Shown here: positions 28,123 to 42,519 of the stretch, piece by piece
Layout of the letters: every line of letters begins with the position of its first letter
How positions within the stretch are numbered: the first letter of the stretch is position 1
Assembly: GCA_038087875.1 (NCBI GenBank)
Contig: CM075990.1
Span: 17,050,001-17,114,000, forward strand
Source: Malacoraja senta
Lineage: Eukaryota
Reading direction: 5' to 3'
Length of the DNA: 64,000 nucleotides
Program-made: the position numbers and the translations under genes
The notes under the pieces: model-generated
What the model saw: only the letters and a program-made list of their open reading frames with translations
Told to the model about the DNA's origin: nothing
Databases searched by the model: none

Positions 28123-30954
28123 CTGTTCCAAAAAAAAAAAATTAAACAATATTAGCAATTCGCCAGTAAATGGGAGAGGATGAACAAGAATTATCGATCC
28201 CGCAAAAGCAATTGCAAGTTATAAAGTGAACATCCCACGTTCAACTAAACATTGAGGAACGGCACATCTGTGCACATCTGTAGAGCTAGTTGAACTACTA
28301 CCTTAGACCTCCAGCAATTCTGACATTGGCCACGTTCTCATCTCCTTGTTACCATCGGGAAGAAGGTGCAAAAGCCTGAAAACCGTGAGCTCCAGGTTCA
28401 AGAACAGCTTCTTCCCATCAACCATCAGGTTGTGGAACACTACATAATACTAACCTCAGCAACTTTGAACTTCTATGAAATGTCTTTGGTTGCACTATGG
28501 ACTTTTTTTGCTCTAAACTGTGGTAATTGATTTTTTTATTTTTAATGATTATATATTATTTATGTGTATTGTATTTACAAAGTTTGTTAAGCTGCTGAAA
28601 GTAAGAATTTCATTGTTCCATTGTAGGTACATATGATAAATAAATACTATTGAGTCTAAAGTTTGGAGATTGCACGTTCCCCGTGACTCTGTGGGTTCCC
28701 CCACATCACAATGACATACTAGTCAGTACGTAAATTGGCTGCTGTAAATTGCCCTTAAGTTGCAGGATTTGGAGGATAATTAAAGATCAGGGTATATAGG
28801 TGTTGAATGGTGGGTGTGGATGCAGTGGGCAAAGAAGCCCGTTTCCATGACGTATGATCCATGACTCCCTGACTCAACAATTCCGGGATCTATTGATCCC
28901 ATTACCCTCTCTTGGGTTCATTCTTTGTGATAAGAAATCCTTCCCCAAACTTGTCCTGCATTGTCCTTTATTCTCCTGTGCTGTTATTATACATTAGACA
29001 TCTGACCCAAATTAAAGGCTAATCCAAACCGACTTGGAAGCATTTGTAGTTCATGTTGCAATGTTGCTTATACCATGCTATTATTTAGCAAATCACTCCA
29101 GCGCGAATGAAGTGTGAAGAACTCGCACTGACCCGATAAAAACATGAACATGCACCTAATCTGACTAACCCTACCCCCACAGCCAGGCTCCACTGGGCTC
29201 ATGGTGCATATTCCACCTCTCTTGTGAAGCCAGAGGAAGGAATATAGGTGAAAGGAGAGGGTGGGAGAGAGGGATTGGTGCCAATCCAGGTGGGCCACAG
29301 GGGAGCGGTTGGGGGGGGGGGGGGGGGGGGGGGGGAGTCGGGGTGGTTTGTAGGTTGGTTGCCTACAGTTGCATAATTCAATGATAATACCGTTAGGTTA
29401 TAAGCCACCCAAGCGGAATACGAGGTGCTGTTCCTCCAGTTTGTGTGTGTGCTCACTCTGGCAATGGAGGGGGCATAGGACAGAAAGGTCAGTATGGGAA
29501 TTAAGTCATGACTTAATTAGCAATACTTAAATCTCCAGAGAAGATTCGAATGCCAACCAGCAACTTCCTGAAGTGGGCGTTAGAGATTTGAGATTTAGAA
29601 ATGTGAATCATTCGCTTTATTACATTCAATGAAAATGTACAGTAGTTTCAAACTTGGACAAGGATTGCTTTTTGTAAACAAGTATGACATTGTGATCAAT
29701 TACTTCAAAAAGACGTATTGTGCAATGATAATGGTCTTTTGCAAAGAAACATCTCCCACAAGAACAGCGATTAGTTTCAATTACTCATGTCCTTATCCTT
29801 CCACCCAGCTCCCTGCACCTCCCACTGACTGCACAATGTCAAGGTTGAGGGGAGAAGGGATAGAAGTATATAGAATTATGAGAGGCAGTGCAGGGCAAGT
29901 TTTATTTTACACAGAGGATGGTAGGTGCCTGGGAGTGGTGGTGGAGGCAGATACTAATAATGACATTGAAGAGGTTTTTAGATAGGCACATGGATATGAA
30001 GGAAATGGAGAGATATGGATCACGTGCAGGCAGAGGAGATTGGTTTACCATGCTTAGCACATACATTGTAGGCTGAAGGGCCTGTTCCTGTGCTGTAGGG
30101 TTCTGTGTAAGCAGCAAGCTATTCTACACCATAAGGCTTTTGTCCAAAAAAAAACACATACCATAACAGACCCAACCCACCATTTGTTTAAGAAAGAACT
30201 GCAGATGCTGGAAAAATCTAAGATAGACAAAAATGCTGGAGAAACTCAGCTGGTGAGGCAGCATCTATGGTGCGAAGGAATAGGTGACGTTTCAGGTCGA
30301 GACATCACCTATTCCTTCGTTCCATAAATGCGACCTCAACCCACCATTTCATCTCTTTCTGCCCATGTGCTCCTGTCTACACCACCTACAGCATTGAAAG
30401 GCATGGTAGTAACCACAGTGGCTATGTTAGAGAGATCTGAAATACAGTTCCAGTTATAAGCATATGAATATTATATTATCTGAGCAATTTAAATTGAATG
30501 AAATAAATTTAGAAATTTAGAAAATTGGTAATGATTACATGAAACGATTACTGAGAAAAGACACAGAGTGCTGGAGTAACTCAGCTGCTCAGGCAGCATC
30601 TCTGGAGAACATGGATAGGATCCTTCTTCAGACTGATGTTGCCAGAGCCACAGTGTCATTTTGTGTCTTTTTTTGGTAAACCAGCTCTGTGGTTCCTTGA
30701 TAAGACACAAAAAGCTGGAGTAGCACATCGGAACAGGCAGTATCTCTGGAGAGAAGGAATGGGTGACGTTTCGGGTCGAGACCCTTTTCTCCACGGAAAA
30801 AACCCACTCGTTTTTTCTCTAGATCCAAAGGTTTTTTGTTGATTCTCAACTACCCTCTAAGATAGAGGGCAAGGCATTCAGTCCCACCAGGCCACATCAT
30901 AGTTACACAGCACAGAAACTGGCCCTTCGCTCACTATAGCTATGCCTACCATGA

Positions 30955-31275
30955 ATAGGTTTATTGGCCAAGTATTCCCATACAAGGAATTTGCCTTGGT
31001 GCTCCACCCACAAGTGACAACATGACATACAGTGACAGTTAAGAATGATACATAAAACATTAAAAATAAAACATTATTGATTAAACATGTGAATTAAATA
31101 AAATACCAGAGCAAAAGGAGGCTACAGGTTTTTGGTTATTGAGTAGAGCTACTACTCGTGGAAAAAAGCTGTTTTTATGTCTGTCTGTAGCAGCTTTGAC
31201 AGTCCGGTGTCGCCTTCCAGAGGGAAGTGATTCAAAGAGTTTGTGGCCAGGGTGAGAGGGGTCAGAGATGACCAT
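30955..31275 (-). mobile_element. Rex1/Babar-like LINE 3' end
   Basis: SDPSHPGHKLFESLPSGRRHRTVKAATDRHKNSFFPRVVALLN. Confidence 0.75.
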
Positions 31276-33734
31276 CAAGTGGACATCAGGTGAAAACACA
31301 TTTAGCAATATGTCTGCAAAAATCAATGAAAGGTCATCAACTTGAAATCACTTCTCTCCAATGATTCCCTGTCAAAGGACAGTTTTGAATATTAACTGTT
31401 AACATTCTCACACTAACTTTCTTGCGATTTCAGCCTGCTCCTGACTTCAATTACAATCATCAGATAAATGACGTTTTGTTCCCAGTTTGGGCCATTTCAC
31501 CATGACAATGGTGGGAAGTTGGAATAAGTTGCTGGACAGTTCACTTGTAAACAAACGCCCACCATCAAGGTAGGAATCAATTGCAATTCTGTGTAAAAAA
31601 TGCTTTAATTTTAAATGTCACAAGAGATACTGACAAAGTGCAAACAAGACCATATTCCCAAAAGAAACTTGATTGTTCTACTGATCCATTCAGTATTATT
31701 ACAGTGCTCACTAAAGAGTTCACCTTGACTGCAAAAACATGGGACAAAACCTTCAACTAAAAGATAAATGACATACTTTGACTGCAGTCCCTGAAGAGGC
31801 CAATGTTTGTATATCGTGCATTCTGTCACCAGTTTCAGTATAACCATGCTTCGGTGACACCTATTAGCATTTATGACGGGGATGGTAGACAGAAAAAAAT
31901 AATCTATCAAAAGTGGGAAGAAGTCATTAGTGTTGGTGCTCTCAATGATCTTTGACACCAAAGTTTTGTTTTAATTTTTTAAATGTGAAATAGCCCTGTT
32001 CGTAGTAAACCTACTGCAGATGCTGGTTTACCAAGGAAAGACACAAAATACTTGAGTAACTCAACGGGTCAGGCGGCATCCACCAAGAACATGCATGAAT
32101 GGCAAAGCTTTAGTTCGAAACCCTTCTTCAGACTGAAGCCCTATTTAGAGTTAGCTGAGCAAACTGTATATCTGGGCACTTTCCCTCTGCTCCTTTTACA
32201 TCTTACCCATTGGATTTGTTCAACCTTGATTATAATTGCTCCATCATTAGTGGTCATGTCTTCAGCTGCCAAGTCCTATGGTGCATTTTTCCCGCACCTG
32301 CTTTAAAAAGCTTCTTGTAATCTATTAATTTGACAAGCTTTTAGTTTCCCATCTAAATATGTTTAATGTCAAACCATGCTCCTTTGAGGCATCTTGGTGT
32401 ACTTTGCTAGTATGGAAGGTTTGTTAGTTCCTATTCTCATTCTTAATCCTGTCATGCAATATTTCACACTAGGTTCAGTGGGACATGGACCAAATGCAGG
32501 CAAGTGGGACCAGCTTAGATGGGGCATCTTGGTCGGCACGAATCTGGAGGTACGTGCCTTCAAGCTTTCGTACCGTTTGACCAGCAATAGATGCGGGAAG
32601 AGGGAGTGACCAGGGTCTTCTTCTTCTTGCGTGTGGCGTGCACAGCCTAAAGTTGTAGGACAACTTGTTCTATTTGATCTTATTTGATTGTGCACGCCGG
32701 GTTGATTGCATTCGTCAAAACAGGGCGGACCAGGTGAAGGTTGCAATCTCCCACCCCGGCACAGTTAATGCTGCTTCTGCACATATCCAACAACCTAGGT
32801 TCCATAAACAACACAAACTGATGGAGTAACTCAGTGAGTCAATCAGTGCCTCTGGAGAACATAGGTCACCTGTCCATGTTCTCCGGAGATGCTGCCTGAC
32901 CTGCTTAGTTACTCCAGCACTGTGTGTCATTTTTGTAAACCAGCATCTGCAATTCCTTGTTTCTACTAAGCCGGGTTCAATCTTGTTCACGGATACACTT
33001 TGTTCTCTCTGTGATTTCCCCCCGGGAACTCTGGTTTCCTCTCACATGCCAAAGTCATGCCGGTTGGTTAACAGTACATTTTCCCCAAGTGTATAACGGT
33101 GGAATAATCAGTGGTTGGAGGTGGGGTGGGGGGAGAGATTAATGGAAATGTTTGAGAAATGGCGTAGAACAATAGTCCAAATGACCTTCACGTATGTTGG
33201 TGGGGATATCTAAGCAACACTTGCCCATTCTGAGGTGATTTAATGCCCCCATTTTTTGTTTTGTAGAAGTGATATTTTGATATCACTTAAAATACATGAC
33301 ACCTGCTCTGTCGGAATAGTAAATCATCTCCAGAGAGACCAACTGGAAAACTGATTCATGGTTTTGAGAATGGATAATCAAAAAGGGTGAAATGGTTTGC
33401 TTTTATTGAGATGAATGCAAGGGTAGTGCATTATGAAGAATCTAAACAATGTCCTTGAATAATCTAGCTTTGCTTCCTAATTATATTACAGCATGTGAAA
33501 TCCATCTTTCAAAGACGCGGTGACTCAGTCACCATTCTATGGCGTATGACACAGAATTCATTTCCGTTGAAAGAAGCACCCTTTAGGGACCTCTAATGAA
33601 GACTGAAGGTATGATTTAATTAAATTGCACCAGTCAAGACAATTTAGTTAATTAGCATCTTAATCGGAGTAAGTCACTATGAGTGGCATAGTTGCAAAAT
33701 AGACAGGAAGAGGGTTGAACAATGTAGTACACAG

Positions 33735-33973
33735 GTAGAGAAAAGTGCTGGAGAAACTCAGCGGGTGCAGCAGCATCTATGGAGCGAAGGAAATAGGCAA
33801 CGTTTCGGCCCGAAACCCTTCCGGGTTTCAGCCCGAAACGTTGCCTATTTCCTTCAGGGTTTCGGCCCGAAACGTTGCCTATTTCCTTCGCTCCATAGAT
33901 GCTGCTGCACCCGCTGAGTTTCTCTAGTACTTTGGTCTACCTTCGATTTTCCAGCATCTGCAGTTCCTTCTTA
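33735..33973. mobile_element. Foldback Penelope-derived short element with 17-bp TSD
   Basis: Inverted arms TGCTGGAGAAACTCAGCGGGTGCAGCAGCATCTATGGAGCGAAGGAAATAGGCAACGTTTC and its reverse complement; AACAATGTAGTACACAG at 33718-33734 and 33974-33990. Confidence 0.85.
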
Positions 33974-35324
33974 AACAATGTAGTACACAGAATGTGATGC
34001 ATGGTTACAGGCCATTCAGCCCATCTATTTTATGTTAGTGTTTATGTTTCTTACAAGCTAACTCTTGTCCATCTAACCCAAAAGGTATCCCGTCTATTTC
34101 CTTCTCCCGCGTGTTTATGCAGCTTCCTGTTTAATAATTTCGAGCTTCTCACTTCCATTAGTGCGTTCACCAATCTCTGGCTCAAGACGGGTCTCATGGA
34201 TTTTCTATATTCATGTATATATTCTATAGTCTTGTTGAAAACATACCCAGGTTATCAAATTTTATTTGCCAATTAGTCATCAATTCTGCAAGTGATAAAT
34301 ATCTTCTTGTACCTTATTGGACTTTCTCAAAATTATCTACCCCTTCAATTTAGTGTTATTCACAATAAATGGAAAATGACAATGGTCCCATCAACAATCC
34401 TTGCAGAATGTCACTTTGAGACTGATTTATTACCCATAATCTCCAAATCTTGTCTTCATGCTTCATAGCCTAGCTGCATAGTTACATTCTGCACAGTGGC
34501 ATAGCCGGTAGAGCTGCTGCCTCAGTGCCAGAGACCCGGGTTTGATCCTGACCTTGGGTGCTGTCTGTGTGGAGTTTGCACATTCTCCCGGTGTCCACGT
34601 GCAGGTTTGTAGGTTAATTGGCTTGTGCAAATTGCCCCTAGTATGTACGGAGTGGATGTGAAAGTGGGATTTCATAGAACTCAATTGCACAGATGATCAA
34701 TAGTCAGCATGGATTCGGTGGGTCAAAGGGCCTGTATCCATGCTGTATCTTTCAATTAATTCAATCAAAGATTTGATGTACCTAGTCTTCTTCTTCTTGC
34801 GAATGAAACATAAACCAAAGGAATAGTTAGATCTCAAGCTGGGTGTTGAGCAACCAGGTTGTTGTCTCTACCTACAGTAAAATCTGCACAATGGCTGCAC
34901 AAAGAAAGATGGAAATTAGTTCTGACTTTAATTCTGTTGTCTCTTTTAGAAAATACTACACAGCCACACAATTTTGTTTGGAGAAAGGCAATGTATCCTT
35001 GAAACATGATAAAAGAGAGGCTTCAGAAATTGAACAGCGAAAGGAAATATTAAGCACAAGGAATGTACTTGATATTATTAGACGGAAAGAACAATTTATT
35101 TAATGGCCATTTTAAAGAAATGAAAAGTGGCTGGCTTAAATGATGGGTCGATCCATGGGAGTCTGAATGTCGGGGATCAGAATTCCAAAATTATCAGCTG
35201 TAAGCCTGTAAATACAGATAACCTCGTTTGACCATACATTTGAATGAAGAAATGACTAATGTTTAATCAAAAGAAAAAGCTTTCTACACACAATTAATTC
35301 TACAGCATTCCAATATTATTAAAT

Positions 35325-35745
35325 GTTTAAGAAAGAGCTGCAGATGCTGGTAAAATCGAAGGTAGACAAAAATGGTGGAGAAATGTTGGCTCAGCACCTC
35401 AACTGCCCCTCCCATTCTGAATCCGACCTTTCTGTCCTGTGCCTCCTCCATGGCCAGAGTGAGTCCCACCGCAAATTGGAGGAGCAGCACCTCATATTTC
35501 GCTTGGGTAGTTTACACCCCAGCGGTATGAACAATGGCCTCCAATTTCAGGTAGTCCTTGCTTTCTCCCTCCTTCTCCTCCCCAGCTCTCCCACAGCCCA
35601 CTGTCTCTGCCTCTTCCTTTCTTCTTCCTGTCCCCCCCACCCCCACATCAGTCTGAAGAAGGGTCTCAACCCGATATGTCACCTATTCTTTCGCCCCATA
35701 GATGCTGCCTCACTCGCGGAGTTTCTACAGCATTTTTGTCTACCT
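35325..35745 (+). mobile_element. Penelope-like 3' fragment with inverted terminal piece
   Basis: QHLNCPSHSESDLSVLCL...RKLEEQHLIFRLGSLHPSGMN, the GIY-YIG endonuclease C-terminus. Confidence 0.82.
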
Positions 35746-35834
35746 TCCAGTATTATTGAAGGACATTTGGTCAGATAGAGAGATGGAAAGGGTTTTGAAG
35801 GCGATGGACCAAATGCAGGCAAATGAGAATAGGA

Positions 35835-36125
35835 TGGCACACTGGAGCAGCGGTAGAGTTGCTGCCTCACAGCGCCAGAGACCCGGGTTCCATCCCGACT
35901 ACGGGTGCTGTCTGTACGGAGTTTGTATGTTCTCCCCGTGACCGCGTTGGTTTTCAGAGATCTTCGGTTTCCCCCCACACTCCAAAAATGTACAAGTTTG
36001 TAGATTAAGTGGCTTAGTATAAATGTAAATTGTTCCTAGTCTGTGTAGGATAGTGTTAATGTGTGGGAATTGCTGGTCGGCATGGACTCAGTGGGCCGAA
36101 GGGCCTGTTTATGTGCTGTACAGCT
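35835..36125 (+). mobile_element. tRNA-derived SINE (HE1/V-SINE-like)
   Basis: A/B-box head and same core and tail as 5860-6297. Confidence 0.78.
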
Positions 36126-38830
36126 CTATGACTTACATATTTTTACAGTCATAGCATTAACTACTTTAATGATAATAGAAAAATCTACCAGCACTTCATC
36201 TTGCTTTTATATATATCTTGCCATTTTTTAAATTAAACCCCTACATTCTGACTTCCAACCTAAGACTTGGATTTATATGATGCTTTGCGAAAGAAATAGG
36301 ATGTATAAAGGTAGCTCAGTCACACACATCTCCAAGTAAAATAATTGCAAACAGTACGTCAGAGGCAGAGAGCAAATACAAAGGTTGAGTAGATTGGACA
36401 GCAAACGACCACAGCCTGCAGCAAAACATACTCTGCTCAGTGTATCGCTATCAATTATCAAATACAGCATTTCAGAACTATTCAACCCTTACCCCTCATT
36501 CATCCCTTCTGGCCAAAATCAATACACTTTTAAGCTCAATTCTCACATCTTCTTGATATAACATAAACAGGCTCTGCGTTAAAACGTTGGTATTTTCCGC
36601 CACTCGGGGCCTACAACTAGGTTTCTGAAGGTTACATTGACGACAACTGAGCATTGATCTTGAGGATACTTTACTGAAACCCTTTATCCTCTTTAACTAT
36701 ACCATAAATCTGACCTGCCGATGGATCTTCGGAGAACTCAGTTACTTGCAGTCTGCCAATTCCATCTTTGACCATTATTCAACCCAAATGTTCTACTTAT
36801 GGCATTTGAACAGTTCTGGGCTAGTTTCCAATTAAGTGACCTTTAGTTACAACCCTAAACAGTAGCTGGCCACAATTCTGACAGACAAAATCGATCAATT
36901 CCTTTCTTCCCTGCATTTCCTAGCTACTTTTGCACAGTTTGGGTATTGCTTTAATCAAGCATGTGAAAAACATGGAATGCTTTAGGTCTTTGGTTTACGA
37001 AGCATTTGTTATTCTGCACTTTAGTTTGGTACACCATTGAAGGTGGTTGACTAGCAGTGAAACATTCTTGGGTTATTCACCTTACACTAAGTGCAACATC
37101 AGTGTTGCATCTCACAGTACTCCATGTCAATTTGTTGCATTTAATACATTTCACTCAGCTGAGGAATTTTGAGGATTAATCCCTTCAGATTCTTAAACAA
37201 TGAAAGTAAACAATCCCAAAGATAGTTAGGATCTTTACAATCAGAATGGGCAGAAAATGTCCACCTTTGATGTACCAGTGACAAACTGCAATCACTAACG
37301 CATCAAAAAGGAGCTATTGGTCATCAATAACCCCGACCAACTTGTATAAGTGCACTGTAGAATGCATTGTATCAGGATGCATCACAGCATGGTCTGGGAA
37401 CAGCTCCACCGCAAGAAACCGATTGTAGCCTAGACCATGACGCAAACCAACCTCCCTTCCATCGATTCCATTGACACTTCACGCTACCTCAGCAAGGCCA
37501 CCAGCATAATCAAAGACCAGCCTCACCCCGGTCAAGATCAATGTTCACTTACCGTCAATGATATCTCTGATCTGGGGTGACACCCCTTCCCTTGTTTGGA
37601 CTGTCTCTGGGCAACTCAAGGTCTCGACCCGAAACGTCACCCATTCCTTCTCTCCAGAGATGCTGCCTGTCCCGCTGAGTTACTCCAGCATCTTGTATCT
37701 ACCTTTAGGGCAATACAATCATGGCAAGGAGACTCTGACCAGGTTTTAGCCTATGTGTGATGGGCTTTGCTCAACACAATAATCTTTACATTTTCAGTCG
37801 GACCTCAATGCAGACTTCCTGCAAGTCATTTTGCTATTTTTGCGGGCCACATAGTAGAACAATGGTGCAATGTGACCCAGTTTCTAAGCCTGTTTATTTT
37901 GAACATTGAACCCTATCTGAATACAGAATCTAATTACTCAATAAAATAGTATGATGCACTGTGGCTGTCTCACACCTGGTATGTAGCAGCATACAAACTC
38001 CACAACGGTTACTGCTCACAAAGATGTACATACAAAATGACATGCTACACAGTGGAAAGAAGTTGCAAGTTTCAAATGTAGCATTAGTCGCATGCTCAGG
38101 TTGCAGGAAATATTAACATGCGACACATGTACACCTGTGCACGACTTGACTTTATTCATGCAATGTCTTTACTTTGACTATATAGCATGCAGACACAAGA
38201 TTTTTACTGTACCTTGGTACACGTGGCAATAATAAACTACTTCCATTGACTCTATTTACACCTCACGTTGCAAGGCCTCTAGCATAATCAAGGACATTCC
38301 CCCCTCTCCCATCAGACAGGAGGTACAGAAGTCTGAAAACGCACACCTCCTGATTCAGGAACAGTTTCTTCCCAGCTGTTATCTGGCAACTGAACCATTC
38401 TATCAACTAGAGAGCGGTCGTGAGCTCCCACCTACCTCATTGGAGACCCTCAGACTATCTTTAATCAGTCAGAAGGGTCTCAACCGAAAACGTCCATCAG
38501 TCTGAAGAAGGGTCTCGACCCAAAATGTCATCCATTCCTTCTCTCTAGAGATGCTGCCTGTGCCTGAGTTACTCCAGCATTTTGTGTCTATCTTTGATTG
38601 AAACCAGCATTTGCAGTTCTTTCCTTCATATCTTTAATGAGACATTACTGGACTTTATCTTGCACTAAACGTTATTCCGTTTATCCTGTATCTGTACACT
38701 GTGAGCGGCTCGATTGTAATCATATATAGTCTGTCCGCTGGCTGGTTAGCAGGCAACAAAAGCTTTTCATCGTACCTCAGTACACGTGACATTAAACTAA
38801 ACTACCCTTGAGAGAATGCCGGTGACGTAC

Positions 38831-39456
38831 CTGTCGTCGTCTGGGATGTCATCGAAGCTTCCATACCCAGGCTCTGGGACGGGGCATCCCAAGTGATTAT
38901 AGGCAGCCATCTTGGGGGCTGGTGGTGGGAATTTATCAGGTTGCTCCTGGTGCGCCTTCTCTGCCCGCAGGCGCTTATTCTCCTGATCGCAAACATAGCA
39001 TTCAAATCCGTTCAAATAGTTGGGCTTGTTAAAGTCATTCACGCCCCACTCCCGCTTCTCCAAACTCTCCACCAGTACAGTGTTGGTGATGCCACCTGGC
39101 TTTTTATACTCCAGATACTTCACGTACTCCTCGTCATTCTGATCCAGGTAATTGATATAGTCTGCCAAGTCTTTGGGAGATTTGAAGTCGTCGATCAGGA
39201 TTACAGAGTGGGAATTGGGCAACCAGTCCTGCACCACAGGGGAACCGCGGTATATCGGCACCACTCCCAAGTGCATGGGCCGCCACAGTTTCTCAGTCAT
39301 GTAGTCATCACAGATCGCATTCTCCATGGCAAGGTGAAACTTGTACGTGCTGATGAATTCCATGAACTCTGGATCTTCTGTGGTCGCTGTCAGAGTGTCC
39401 ACCAGCCGCTGATTGGGCAGCACTTTGTTCTGCAGGCACTGGCCATAGGAGTCAAT
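38831..39456 (-). CDS. FUT11: FUT11 coding exon 2 (alpha-1,3-fucosyltransferase motif)
   Basis: ctccag|[11 protein letters not shown]...[36 protein letters not shown]...GFECYVCD...[10 protein letters not shown]...PDDD; donor AG|GTACGT, phase 2. Confidence 0.97.
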
Positions 39457-42400
39457 CTGGAGGTGAGAGAGAGAAGAACATAAAATTAAACACTGCTCAA
39501 AATCGGTCGTGGTAGAAGCTTAAGGATAGCCAGTTGCGTTACCTGGCCAAAGGCAGATTTTAAGAAAATGTTAATGGCAGGACAGGATAAAAAGAATACT
39601 GCTTATTTTATTTTTATTTTGGATGAGAGATTGAGGACAAGCTGCAATTTAAGGACAAGCAGCAATTTAAATGATGGCATATAACGTGCCACCACATAGT
39701 AACATAAACATGGTAATCAACTCAGCTGCATTATAGGACTCAATTTGCTCACCATTTGAGCAGAAGCCACAGTTAATTTGAAACAATTGACTTTAGTCCT
39801 TTACAAAGCTGCAAACAAAATGACTGTAAATGTCAAAATGTTTCTTTAGATTTTAACCCATTCAGATTCCTAACACAGCAATCAGAAAAGAGGTAGAAAA
39901 TGGGGCAGCCAATTTTTACACAACTAGCTCCCACAAACAAGAACATGATAACCATCAGGGCTACTGAGTGAGGGTCAAATATTGTCGAGAGCATCAGGGA
40001 TAACAACTCTGGCTGTCTTTAAAACCAGTGCCAGAGGTTGAAAACAAGGGGTTCATGAAGAAATAGTTCAGATTCAGAGTAGTTTATTATCACATACACC
40101 AGGGTGCAATGAAATTCCTTGTTCGTATGAAGTTCACCAAGGAAACTGTATATGGTAATGATAGATAAATACAACAATGAATCCAAAACAGCAGAATGGT
40201 GCAAATATTGTCAAGCAATCTAAAGGTGATCGTACTAAAGTACAACAATTGAATAAATGAATGAGCTCGAGTTAAGATTATGTGGCAATATCTCGGCAAG
40301 AGGGTGTGAAAGAGGTGATTGGTTCAGGAGTCTGATAGCCAAAATGGTTGTAGAGTCACAGGGCATGGAAACGGGCTCTTCAGCCCATCTTGACCAACAT
40401 GTCCCATCTACACTAGTCCCACCTGCCTGCGTTTGGCCCATATCCCTCTAAACCTGTCCCACCCATGTACGTTATTTTTTTTTCAGACATCCTGGCTTTC
40501 AAGCTTCCGTTTCTTCTCCAAGAAGGTAGAAGAGAGCAGAAGGAAAGGTGTTTTTGACAATGTTGGTGCCTTCTTCATGCAATGCACCGTGAAGATGGAC
40601 AGGGGAGAAATTTGGAAGAGAGGTGGGGACGGAAAAAGCCTAGCATGCGTTAGGTGGACGAAGGCAATGAGGTACGATGAGGTATCAACTCAACTACAGA
40701 CAAATACACTAACATAAATTAGACATAAAATTCTACAAGAAAGAAGATTGTGCATACAAACAGGACATTATTGCAAAACAACAATTAGAAATAAAACAAG
40801 TCCAGAATGGTGCAGGGGTTGGGCTGAATGTTCTCGTGTCGAGGCAGGAATAGGGGTGCGTGGGTTGAGGTAAGATTAGGGTTGTGTAAGTAAATCAGTA
40901 AAGGAATTTGAAGTTCAAAAGAAACTCTTGACACCATTAATAGTTTCTTCAGCAGCAATAATGTGAGCAATATTTCCAGTGCAATGCTGGGCATCAGCAG
41001 CAGACTGTATCTGTTGTTGGCTCAATTCTGTGACAGTGTTCCTGCTTTCTGCATTCCCATGGACCGACACTGCCCTCTGCTGTAACACTTAGAGCTATAT
41101 TTTGCACTAATCGAAGGCATTTGTTCACTCCTCTTTGTCCCTACTTTGTAAATATACTGGATTGGATTTTGACATTTTAGAAAGATAGAAAATAGGTGCA
41201 GGAGTAAGCCATTCAGCCCTTCGAGCCAGCACCACAATTCAATAAGATCATGACTGATCATCCAGAATCAGTACCCGGTTCCTGCTTTTTCCCCACATCC
41301 CTTGATTCCTTTAGCCCTAAGAGCTAAATCTAGCTCTCTTGAAAACATCCAGAGAATTGGCCTCCACTGCCTTCTATGGCAGAGAATTCCACAGATTCAC
41401 AACCCTCTGGGTGAAGAGGTTTTTCCTCATCTCAGTCCTAAATGGCCTACCCCTTATTAATTTGGGTTAAACTAACATCTGGAGTTGCTTCCTAAACTAA
41501 ACTGAGTAGGAAGGGACTGCAGAGGTTGGTTAAGGTTTCAACCGAAGGTAGACACAAATAGCTGGAGTAACTCAGCGGGACAGGCAGCATCTATGGAGAG
41601 AAGAGCTTTACTCCTGCTTTTTGTGCCTATATTTGGTTCCATAACATCTGGTGCTGAATAAACTGAGGTGAGCCTACCTGTAGGTCCTGAATAAACTGAG
41701 GTAAGCTTACCATCTGGTGCTGAATAAACTGAGGTGAGCTTACCTGTAGGTACTGAATCAATTGAGATTCAAGAGAGTTTATTGTCATGTGTCCCTGATA
41801 GGACAATGAAATTCTTGCTTTGCTTCAGCACAACAGAACATAGTAGGCATCAAAGATTGCTCCTCTAGTATCTTTGGTGGGCGTTGACTACAAAACAGAT
41901 CAGTGTGTCCATATACCATTATATACATATATACACACATGAATAAATAAACTGATGGTAGACAAAAATGCTGGAGAAACTCAGCGGGTGCAGCAGCATC
42001 TATGGAGCGAAGGAAATGGGCAACGTTGCCTATTTCCTTCGCTCCATAGATGCTGCTGCACCCGCTGAGTTTCTCCAGCATTTTTGTCTACCTTCAATTT
42101 TCCAGCATCTGCAGTTCCTTCTTAAATAAATAAATAAACTGATAAAGTGCAAATAACAGATAATGGGCTATTAATGTTCAGAGTTTTGTCCGAGCCAAGT
42201 TTAATAGTAGGTGCTGAATCAACTGAGGTGAGCCTACCTGTAGGTGCTGAATCAACTGAGGTGAGCCTACCTGTAGGTGCTGAATAAATTGAGATTCAAG
42301 ATTCAAGAGAGTTTATTGTCATGTGTCCCTGATAGGACAATGAAATTCTTGCTTTGCTTCAGCACAACAGAACATAGTAGGCATTGACTACAAAACAGAT

Positions 42401-42519
42401 CAGTGTGTCCATATACCATTATATAAATATATACACACATGAATAAATAAACTGATAAAGTGCAAATAACAGATAATGGGGCTATTAATGTTCAGAGTTT
42501 TGTCCGAGCCAAGTTTAAT

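Noticed and set aside
38893-39483. 196-aa plus-strand ORF
   Set aside because: Antisense shadow of FUT11 exon 2
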